Shown: piece by piece, positions 56,871 to 64,000 of the stretch
How positions within the stretch are numbered: the stretch's first letter is position 1
Layout: each line of letters opens with the position of its first letter
DNA from: an uncultured Mollicutes bacterium
GTDB taxonomy: Bacteria > Bacillota_I > Bacilli_A > RF39 > UBA660
NCBI GenBank assembly: GCA_947652375.1
Contig: CANTCS010000003.1
Coordinates: 4,914 to 68,913, forward strand
DNA: 64,000 nucleotides
Reading direction: 5' to 3'
Made by a program: the position numbers and the translations under genes
The notes under the pieces: generated by a model
What the model saw: the letters and a program-made list of their open reading frames with translations, nothing else
Database searches by the model: none
What the model was told of the DNA's origin: nothing

Positions 56871-57364
56871 TGCCAAAGATGAAAAAAAAGCATAAAAAAT
56901 TTTTAAATAGTTATAATATATTACTAATTGTATTTATTCTTTTAATAATATTAGTTTTATTTTTGAGTTTTTTGATTTATAGAAAAAAGAAAGAAAACGA
57001 GGGGAAAATTGTTGCTAATATATTAATTCCATTAGTAATTAAGGAAAAAGATAGAAATTTGAGTCTAAATGCAATTGAGTTAGTAAATAAAGATGATTAT
57101 ATTTTAAAAATTACTAATTATCGTGGAGATAATATTAATAGTGAAGAAATGCCTTATAATATTACTATAACAAATAATTCTAAATTAAAGGTTTTTGTAA
57201 GAAAAGATTCAAGTAAAGATAATTTAATGATTGATCAAAAAGCTACTACTATTACTGATTTAAATTTAAAGGCTAAAAAGAAGCAAGAAGATTATTATTT
57301 TATTAAAATAACAGGGAAAAATGCTAAAAAAGATGATAAAATAAATATTACAGTAACAAGTTAG
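56870..57364 (+). CDS. hypothetical N-anchored beta-rich protein (164 aa)
   Basis: K-rich N-terminus, one TM, DYILKITNYRGDNI motif resembling NYLLQIDNYNRNDI of ORF 18303-18893. Confidence 0.5.
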   Translation: MPKMKKKHKKFLNSYNILLIVFILLIILVLFLSFLIYRKKKENEGKIVANILIPLVIKEKDRNLSLNAIELVNKDDYILKITNYRGDNINSEEMPYNITITNNSKLKVFVRKDSSKDNLMIDQKATTITDLNLKAKKKQEDYYFIKITGKNAKKDDKINITVTS

Positions 57365-57382
57365 ATAATTTAAATTATGAGG

Positions 57383-57405
57383 GTCAATATAATTGACTTT
57401 TTTTT
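57383..57405 (+). terminator. weak AT-rich terminator
   Basis: GTCAAT-ata-ATTGAC followed by T8. Confidence 0.45.
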
Positions 57406-57456
57406 ATTAAAATGTTAAACTATAAAGGGATAATTGAAGAATTAGGAGGATTTAAG

Positions 57457-57747
57457 ATGGATGATACAGCGATATATAATGGAGAAAAAGTAATTTTAGA
57501 AAAAAATAATGAAGAAGTTGAATGTGATGTGTTATTTACTTTTGATTGTGAAGATACAATGAGATCTTATGTCGGTTATACTGATCATAGTATGGGAAAA
57601 AATGGTCGAAAAAATATTTATGTATCTAGTTATAGTCCTTTTGATAAGAAACAAGAACTTGTGAATGTAACAGATGAAAGAGAACTTGCAATGATAGCTG
57701 AAGTTTTAGAAGAAATAGATGAGAGTACAGAACAAAAAAGTAAGTAA
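57457..57747 (+). CDS. DUF1292-family small acidic protein
   Basis: GGAGG RBS before ATG 57457 (track start is 57412). Pattern ...EVECDVLFTFDCED...YVGYTD......IYVSSY....ELVNVTDERELAMIAEVLEE. Confidence 0.6.
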   Translation: MDDTAIYNGEKVILEKNNEEVECDVLFTFDCEDTMRSYVGYTDHSMGKNGRKNIYVSSYSPFDKKQELVNVTDERELAMIAEVLEEIDESTEQKSK

Positions 57748-57758
57748 GGAGTTTAATT

Positions 57759-60700
57759 ATGGAAGAATTTGATTTTTTTGATACGGATTATGATGAGAAG
57801 ATTTTAGCAAAGCAAATAATAAGAATAGATCAGAAGTTTAAAGATCTAGAAGATGCTAGAAATATTATTTTTGAAAAATTAGAAGAGAGTGGTAATTTTT
57901 TTGAAAATAGTGAAAATTTAAGTATAAAGTGTAAAATTGTTGAAGAACAAGAAGATGGTTATCTATTAGATGTTACTGTACTAGAAGAAACTGTAGTTAA
58001 AGTTCCTTACAAAATAGAGAAAGAAGAAGTTTTTAGTGGTTCATTTACTTTAGAAAATGGAATGACTGAAGAAGAACAAAAAAGAAAAGTATTTGAATTA
58101 ATGATGGCAGATGGTATACAAATTGTTGGTACTAAATATGATATTCAATATGATGAGATACTTGATGAAGATAGGGAAACAAAAATAAATTTTGTGGTAA
58201 GTAAGGGAGTAAATATTAATAGTAGTAAACCAGAAATTATTTATAAAGAAATTTCTAAAGGTAAGATTGTGCCAGTTTATAGCTTTAATGAAGATATCTA
58301 TCTGGGAAAAATAAAAATTGAGGAATTACAAGAAGTAAGTTCAGAAAATGAACGATCAAATTTAATGTTAGAAAAAGCAAGGCTTGATGGAATTGAGATA
58401 GATAATTTAACTAATTTAGTTATTGGTATTTCTGGATATAATGATGATTTTATTACATATGTTATTTCAAAAACAAATGAAATAGAGGCAATAGTAGAGC
58501 AAGCGAGATTACAAAAGGATGAAATAATTGAGACATCTGTAGTAGGAACTGGTAGTATTGATTTTGGGGAATCAATAGAAGCAGCTGTACAAAGAAATAG
58601 TGGGATAGATATCCGAAGTAGTGCTAATTATATCATTATTTTTGATGAAACTCATACACAAAAATATACTTTACATAAAGTAAGTATAAAAAAGAATAAT
58701 ATGACAATCCCTAGTTCTTTACTTTTAAATACTTTAAATAGTGAATTGTCTTCGAATCAATTGAAAGAGATAGATTTTGATATTGAAAAATTACATCAGG
58801 AAATTGTAGAATTAGAACACACACTTTCATCTAGTTTTAACAAATTAATAGAACGAGAGGATAAAATTAGTCAAATACTTGATAAAGATTTATTATTGAG
58901 TGATGATGAGATCGTAAGTTTATATGAAAAATATTATAATGAGCAACGAGAAGATTATTTAAATAAAATTTTATTAGAAAGAAGAATTAAAGAAAAAAAC
59001 AAGAAATTAAAGAGACTTTTAAAATTAAAGAAGAAAAAAGAAAAGGAATTATTAACAGCAAAAGAGATGGGATTATCTTTAGATGAATATTTAGATATAG
59101 TAAATATTGTAGAAGATAATGGTTTCTTTAAGAAGATGTTAGATCAACTTGAAATTGGCAATATTCTTGAAAAAGATTCAGAAGAAAGATCTAGAAAAGA
59201 TAAAAAAATTCTAAGAAAAGTAAAAAAAGAAATTATTGAAGAAATAGCTTTAAGATATAAGAAAGATAATTTACCAATTTTAGAAATAGTTGAGGAATTA
59301 TTTGATTTAGATGTTTCAAATGGAAATGCACTAGAAAATGTTAGTGTTTTATATGATCCAAGTTCAGAAGTTACTATAGTCGAAGAACCTAAAACTTATA
59401 ATACTCAACTTGCTGAAATAGAAAGAATAGAAAAAAATGTAGCAAGTTTACCAGAAAAAGTTGTTAATGTTGGAGCTACAGGCGAGTATGAACCTTTAAA
59501 AGCTCCAGATGATATGGTAGAGGTTTATGATAATAATGTTATTTTATATGAAGATTCAATAAACTCGAATTTCTATGTTAATGAGAGAATTCTTAAGTTA
59601 TTTAATATAGAAAAAAGTGATGATGAAATTTCTATTAATGATGAAATTCTATATCGAATAGAGTATGATGATGCTCAATTTATTATGAATAATGCTAGTA
59701 GTAACTCTTATTCTTATACTAGAGTTGAAATAGTAGAAGAAGATAAAACAGAAGAGGATGCAGAAGATATTTTTGAAGATGATCAAGATAATCTAGAAAA
59801 GATTACTATTTATGTTGATCGAGTTACTGGTGAGTTTTATGCTAAAAAGTATGTATTTATAAGATTTAATGCGGTAGCTTCAAACCAAGTTATTATTAAT
59901 GATAAGACATGCTATAAACTTGATTTAGAAGATTTTAGATTTATTGCCGATAATTTTAATAATGAATATTCACCTTATGTTTTAGATTATCAATATGTAG
60001 ATATCAAAAGGGAAGAAGATTCCTTACATAATGATGATAAAAATGAAGAAGTTATAATGACTTTCTACAGAGATTTAAATGATAATAATCAGATTTATGT
60101 TTCAACAGAAATTTTAAATCTATTTGAATTAACTCCTAATAATGAGGAAATTGAAATAGATGATGAACGTTGTTATAAATTAAGTAATGATGCAGTTCAA
60201 TTAATTACTAATATAGCTAAGAAAAGTGAAAATCCAAAATATATAATTAAATTTGAGAATATAAGTATAAATAAGAAAGTTAGACCTCATGTTGAAACTG
60301 TTCTTAATAAACTAACAGAAAATTTAGATATTGGTGCTAAAGATTATAAAAGATTTACTGCTAGTAATATAAAGGTTTCTAAAGAGTTTGTTAAGGAATT
60401 AAAATCTGGTAATTATTTATATAATATTGTTCATATAATTCCTTCTCTTGCGAAAGCAACTTTTAAATTTCTTCGTAAATTATGTGCTAAATTATTTCTT
60501 TCTAAACGTGGAAAGAAAGTAATGTTAGAATTAGAGCGAAGATTAAATGAAGAGTTAACTGAGGAAGAGATTGAAGTTTTATTTGACGAATATAAGGGAA
60601 CTCAATTAAAGACAGATATGAATAATCAGATTAATGGAATGATTTTAAAAAAATTAAGACAGCATGGTTTAGAAAAAGTTGAAAAATTAAATGATGCAAT

Positions 60701-62063
60701 AAAAGATGATTATTCTAATTTATTTACTTTATTAGGATCAATAAAAACTATTGATAGAGAAAAACAATATGATGATTTAACCGAAAAAGAATTTAATGCT
60801 TTAGAATTAGAAAAAAAAAGTTTAATTGATCAAGCTGCAGAAAGAATTAAAAATATATTAATTTGTAGAAAAGATGCTAATAATTTGTTATCTGGAGGAG
60901 TTCACGGTTTAGAAGAGGATTTCAAAGCTGTTGCAACAAAACTTTCTTATGTTGGAATGCGATTTGCAAAAAATAATAAATTTGATAATGAATTACAACA
61001 TGAGTTAAGTGAGTATGGTAGTGGAATTACTAGAGCTTTAGAGAATGGTGATAATGAAGCACTTTTGGAAAATTTTATGGGTTTGGAGAGTTGTTATTTT
61101 GATAATACTAAAATAAAGACTGGACTTACTGGTAAAAGAAGTGTTGGTAGTAAATATTATTCTCCTTTAGCTGAACAGTTTGATTATCGTGATGATCCGT
61201 TCATTAGAGATATTTTTACAACAGTAGCGTTATCTTCTTCTATGGTTAGTATGGTTAATTCTTATAGAGTTCATCAAATAGAGGCTAATGAAGTTTTAGC
61301 AAAACAACAAAGTGAAGTAGAGAAGGTTAATAATTCTTATGATTATATTGATCAAGCTTCATCAGAAATTAGTAATAATAAAGATATAATTCAAGAGGGG
61401 TTAAAAGCTCAGTCTCATCAAGATGTTTTGACATCTGCGACAACAATAGAAAGATCTGCTTTAGATATGAATAATTGGAGTTTTAATAATGCGTATCATC
61501 AAGCAGATGATTTAGGACATAATTTTTATAATCAATTTCATCAAAATGTTACTAACAGCATAAATGATATAACATCTAAATATGGAAACGGAACAATCGA
61601 TCAGTTTGAAGCTCTTCAAAGTATTACTGATATTGCGAATAATGCTCAAAGTTCTTTAATTAAAGTTTGTAATGAATGTAGTGGAATAATGAAAACTTAT
61701 GCAGAGAATCATCCTAATTTTGATTTAAGAGGTATTCAAGAGTCTTTAGATTATATTTTAGAGCATCCTGATGCTTTAAGTAAAATGAATCAAGCAATGA
61801 CAGATACGATAAAAATAAGTAATGGTTTACAAGGATTAAGTAAGAATCATATAGAGGCTTTATCAAGTTTACCAAGTGATATTTTATCAACAGTTGTGTG
61901 TGCTGCTTCTGCAGCAGGCTTGGCCCTTAATGTTTCTCATTCATTAAATAAAAAATATTTAAAAAAGAATGATTATAGAAATGATGTTGTTGAAATGATG
62001 GAACAATATTTAAATGGTTTTGATTATCAAGATAATGAAAATGAATTAGCAAAAAAGAGATAA
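57759..62063 (+). CDS. orphan 1,434-aa acidic repeat-containing protein with a C-terminal hydrophobic anchor
   Basis: GGAG RBS and no signal peptide. Four PepSY-like alpha/beta modules (aa about 20-310), a K/E coiled coil (aa about 330-500), three repeats of about 75 aa (aa 587-838), a helical C-terminal region and a single TM ILSTVVCAASAAGLALNV (nt 61881-61934). Confidence 0.8.
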   Translation: MEEFDFFDTDYDEKILAKQIIRIDQKFKDLEDARNIIFEKLEESGNFFENSENLSIKCKIVEEQEDGYLLDVTVLEETVVKVPYKIEKEEVFSGSFTLENGMTEEEQKRKVFELMMADGIQIVGTKYDIQYDEILDEDRETKINFVVSKGVNINSSKPEIIYKEISKGKIVPVYSFNEDIYLGKIKIEELQEVSSENERSNLMLEKARLDGIEIDNLTNLVIGISGYNDDFITYVISKTNEIEAIVEQARLQKDEIIETSVVGTGSIDFGESIEAAVQRNSGIDIRSSANYIIIFDETHTQKYTLHKVSIKKNNMTIPSSLLLNTLNSELSSNQLKEIDFDIEKLHQEIVELEHTLSSSFNKLIEREDKISQILDKDLLLSDDEIVSLYEKYYNEQREDYLNKILLERRIKEKNKKLKRLLKLKKKKEKELLTAKEMGLSLDEYLDIVNIVEDNGFFKKMLDQLEIGNILEKDSEERSRKDKKILRKVKKEIIEEIALRYKKDNLPILEIVEELFDLDVSNGNALENVSVLYDPSSEVTIVEEPKTYNTQLAEIERIEKNVASLPEKVVNVGATGEYEPLKAPDDMVEVYDNNVILYEDSINSNFYVNERILKLFNIEKSDDEISINDEILYRIEYDDAQFIMNNASSNSYSYTRVEIVEEDKTEEDAEDIFEDDQDNLEKITIYVDRVTGEFYAKKYVFIRFNAVASNQVIINDKTCYKLDLEDFRFIADNFNNEYSPYVLDYQYVDIKREEDSLHNDDKNEEVIMTFYRDLNDNNQIYVSTEILNLFELTPNNEEIEIDDERCYKLSNDAVQLITNIAKKSENPKYIIKFENISINKKVRPHVETVLNKLTENLDIGAKDYKRFTASNIKVSKEFVKELKSGNYLYNIVHIIPSLAKATFKFLRKLCAKLFLSKRGKKVMLELERRLNEELTEEEIEVLFDEYKGTQLKTDMNNQINGMILKKLRQHGLEKVEKLNDAIKDDYSNLFTLLGSIKTIDREKQYDDLTEKEFNALELEKKSLIDQAAERIKNILICRKDANNLLSGGVHGLEEDFKAVATKLSYVGMRFAKNNKFDNELQHELSEYGSGITRALENGDNEALLENFMGLESCYFDNTKIKTGLTGKRSVGSKYYSPLAEQFDYRDDPFIRDIFTTVALSSSMVSMVNSYRVHQIEANEVLAKQQSEVEKVNNSYDYIDQASSEISNNKDIIQEGLKAQSHQDVLTSATTIERSALDMNNWSFNNAYHQADDLGHNFYNQFHQNVTNSINDITSKYGNGTIDQFEALQSITDIANNAQSSLIKVCNECSGIMKTYAENHPNFDLRGIQESLDYILEHPDALSKMNQAMTDTIKISNGLQGLSKNHIEALSSLPSDILSTVVCAASAAGLALNVSHSLNKKYLKKNDYRNDVVEMMEQYLNGFDYQDNENELAKKR

Positions 62064-62066
62064 ATG

Positions 62067-62096
62067 AAAGCTATTAGTTTACTAATGGCTTTTATT
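62067..62096 (+). terminator. terminator after the 1,434-aa ORF
   Basis: AAAGCTATTAGT-tt-ACTAATGGCTTT (12 bp, one G-U pair) followed by T-rich sequence. Confidence 0.6.
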
Positions 62097-62143
62097 TATA
62101 AATTAGGATTTGAATCTATATTTTTTAAAGGTTGGTGGATGTT

Positions 62144-64000
62144 TTGAAAAATAAAAAGAATGGTGGATTTACATTAATAGAATTACTTGCGGTAATAGTT
62201 ATTTTGGGAATTCTTATAGTAGTTACAGTTCCTTCTTTATCTAGATTAATAAAGAAGACTAAAGATGAAAATAGAGAAAGTAGTAGAAATACTTTAGAAA
62301 TGGCTGCTAAAAGTTATGCGGAAAATAATAAAAAAGTTTTGCCAAAAAGTATTGGTGAAATTAAAACGATTAAGATAGCTGATTTAAAGAATGCAAATTT
62401 TTTAAAAGAAGATATTAAAAGTGCTGATAAAGAATCATGTATGAAAAATTCTTATGTTAAAATTTTTAAATATGATAAAGATAAATATAATTTTGTAACT
62501 TATTTGTATTGTGGTGATGAAGTTCCTGATGAGGATGATGAGAAATATAATTCAAAAATTGCGATAAGTTTTACTGATGGTAATGATCAGGAACTTGATA
62601 TAGCTAAAAATAAAGTAACTTCTGCAAAAGTTAAGATTAAGTTTGAAAGTGGTTTAGATCAAGCGAAAGAAAAAGTTGGTTTACATGGTTATAATTATAT
62701 TATTCGTGTAAAATATACTGATGATAAAGATTATTTAGAAATATATAATTCGGGTTCCATTAATGCTTATGGAAAAGAGGTAATTGAAGTAAATAAAAAT
62801 ATTTCTAAGTATATTGATATTAAAGGCGCAACAGATATAGAAGTAATTGCTGAAGTTTATGATAGAGCTGGTAATTATAAAAAATTACAAAAAAGAGCTA
62901 AATATAAAGACAAAGAAGCTCCAAAATGTGGTGAAGTTATTGGTGAAGCTATAGATGAGAATGATTGGGATGGTAGTATTAAAAGAAGAACTATTTCTGT
63001 TAAGTGTTTTGATGAGGGTGGAAGTGGTTGTATTAAAGATACTTTTACAAAAACTTTTACAAAAGAGACTGAATGGGATTATATTACAATAAAAGATAAT
63101 GCAGGAAATAGTGCTAAATGTAAAGTTAGGGTTAATTTAGATTGGACGCCTCCTAGTTTAATTATAAAAGCCTTTAAAAAAGGAACAAATGAAGAAGTTG
63201 GTGAGGCTCATGCAGATGCAGATAAAAAAAATGAGGAGCTAAAAAAATATAAAAATGGTTATGGTAATGATAATTGGTTAAATAAAGCTAACTATCCTAA
63301 TGGAATATATTATAAGGTTATTGTCGATGAAGATAATACTATTGGGAAATTAACAACTAATAAAACAGGATTATTAAAAAGTTCTACTGATGTTAAAGTT
63401 TTAGATTTTAATAATTATCCAAATAATTTTGACAATATTAGAGAATTTACTTTTACAGAAGATGGTTATAGAAATGCTAAATATAGCTTAATGGATAAGG
63501 CTAAGAATGAAGTTACAATTAGTATAACAGCTGCAATTGATAGGGTAGCTCCAACTACTCCAATTGTTAGATTTTGGAAAAAGAAATCAATAGTGAATAT
63601 TACTAGTTCAGCTGGGTTAACAGAATCATACTCTCCTGGAACTTTGAATAATGAATCTTGGTCTAATAAATTTTTATTTGTTGAGGCTACAGGCTCTACG
63701 GATGCAATTTCTCAACTTAATGGTTATCGATATAAAATAGGCAGTAATCCAGAAGGAAATGGTTCATTTTATAATTTCAATAGTAATGTTAAAAATCAAA
63801 GTATTCAATTTAAGGCGTGTGATAATGCAGGAAATTGTTCAGGCTTTGTTCCTGGTAATGGTAATAATTTGATTTCTATTGATACTACTCCTCCGAAGTG
63901 TACCATAAATACTACACCAGATGGTTATATAAGTGGTAAATGGACTAATCAAGATGTTAAAGTGACAGCAACGTGTAAGGATACTGTAAGTGGCTGTACA
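62144..64000 (+). CDS. giant modular type IV prepilin-like protein (at least 619 aa, 3' end outside the window)
   Basis: Not in the ORF track. Hand translation from TTG 62144 (or in-frame GTG 62135) to 64000 meets no stop. N-terminus is MKNKKNGG|FTLIELLAVIVILGILIVVTVP, a class III signal with Glu at +5. It is followed by Ig-like modules bounded by D..(A/P)P and carrying D.AGN and C.D..SGC motifs. Confidence 0.8.
   Translation, partial: MKNKKNGGFTLIELLAVIVILGILIVVTVPSLSRLIKKTKDENRESSRNTLEMAAKSYAENNKKVLPKSIGEIKTIKIADLKNANFLKEDIKSADKESCMKNSYVKIFKYDKDKYNFVTYLYCGDEVPDEDDEKYNSKIAISFTDGNDQELDIAKNKVTSAKVKIKFESGLDQAKEKVGLHGYNYIIRVKYTDDKDYLEIYNSGSINAYGKEVIEVNKNISKYIDIKGATDIEVIAEVYDRAGNYKKLQKRAKYKDKEAPKCGEVIGEAIDENDWDGSIKRRTISVKCFDEGGSGCIKDTFTKTFTKETEWDYITIKDNAGNSAKCKVRVNLDWTPPSLIIKAFKKGTNEEVGEAHADADKKNEELKKYKNGYGNDNWLNKANYPNGIYYKVIVDEDNTIGKLTTNKTGLLKSSTDVKVLDFNNYPNNFDNIREFTFTEDGYRNAKYSLMDKAKNEVTISITAAIDRVAPTTPIVRFWKKKSIVNITSSAGLTESYSPGTLNNESWSNKFLFVEATGSTDAISQLNGYRYKIGSNPEGNGSFYNFNSNVKNQSIQFKACDNAGNCSGFVPGNGNNLISIDTTPPKCTINTTPDGYISGKWTNQDVKVTATCKDTVSGCT

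Noticed and set aside
282-56876. Antisense or shadow ORFs in the track. Minus strand: 282-467, 594-815, 4042-4485, 6702-6959, 10135-10323, 11247-11663, 14267-14497, 14799-15002, 21074-21460, 21568-21846, 28274-28537, 28973-29287, 42562-42747, 43237-43443, 50727-50930, 56628-56876. Plus strand: 22717-22983, 30124-30312.
   Set aside because: Each lies wholly or largely inside a well-supported gene on the opposite strand (rbgA, topA, secDF, rel, tcdA, lexA, pyk, gmk, murE, rsmH, guaD and others). Their translations are low-complexity with no motifs.
1-64000. Alternative genetic code (TGA=Trp, Mollicutes-like), suggested by the AT-richness and the in-frame TGA at 22058
   Set aside because: Long conserved genes (polA, topA, secDF, rel, the 1,434-aa ORF) contain no in-frame TGA, and conserved Trp positions use TGG. 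TGA therefore behaves as a stop.
1-64000. CRISPR arrays, tRNA genes and rRNA genes
   Set aside because: Reading the intergenic regions showed no regularly spaced direct repeats, no tRNA-like GTTCGAATC/T-loop signatures and no rRNA-like conserved blocks. This was checked by eye only, not with tRNAscan or an equivalent.

Overview
Very AT-rich Firmicutes chromosomal segment (judged by eye, G+C not computed). The backbone order is Bacilli/Erysipelotrichia-like: rbgA-rnhB-topA-xerC, comN-secDF-rel-dtd, T-box-hisS-aspS, tcdA, lexA, polA-mutM, pyk, gmk, murG-murB-divIB-ftsA-ftsZ, murE, sigK, yqeG-yqeH, mraZ-rsmH-ftsL-PBP2B, guaD. TGA is a normal stop codon because the long housekeeping ORFs are intact under the standard code. 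A pro-sigma-K gene points to an endospore former. I saw no rRNA, tRNA or CRISPR array.

Features outside the backbone:
1. The first ~3.9 kb is the recombination end of an integrated mobile element. It has a truncated resolvase-domain ORF, a small element-associated protein and two overlapping paralogous large serine recombinases, and it abuts rbgA.
2. Three tandem full-length paralogous polytopic membrane proteins (about 455 aa each, possibly GT-C-like) sit between divIB and ftsA.
3. At the right edge, a DUF1292 gene is followed by an orphan 1,434-aa repeat-built, C-terminally anchored protein. After it comes a prepilin-type (G|FTLIE) protein of more than 619 aa carrying Ig-like Cys-containing repeats.
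4. A two-repeat hypothetical gene is split by one in-frame TGA.
5. A 45-aa membrane micro-ORF lies divergent from lexA, with a Cheo/SOS box inside its promoter spacer.
6. A roughly 180-nt 6S-like structured RNA has its own promoter and is absent from the ORF track.
7. HisRS carries a Cys/His-rich C-terminal tail. It sits behind a T-box whose canonical specifier reads GAC (Asp).

All functional calls come from motif recognition by eye; no database search was run.
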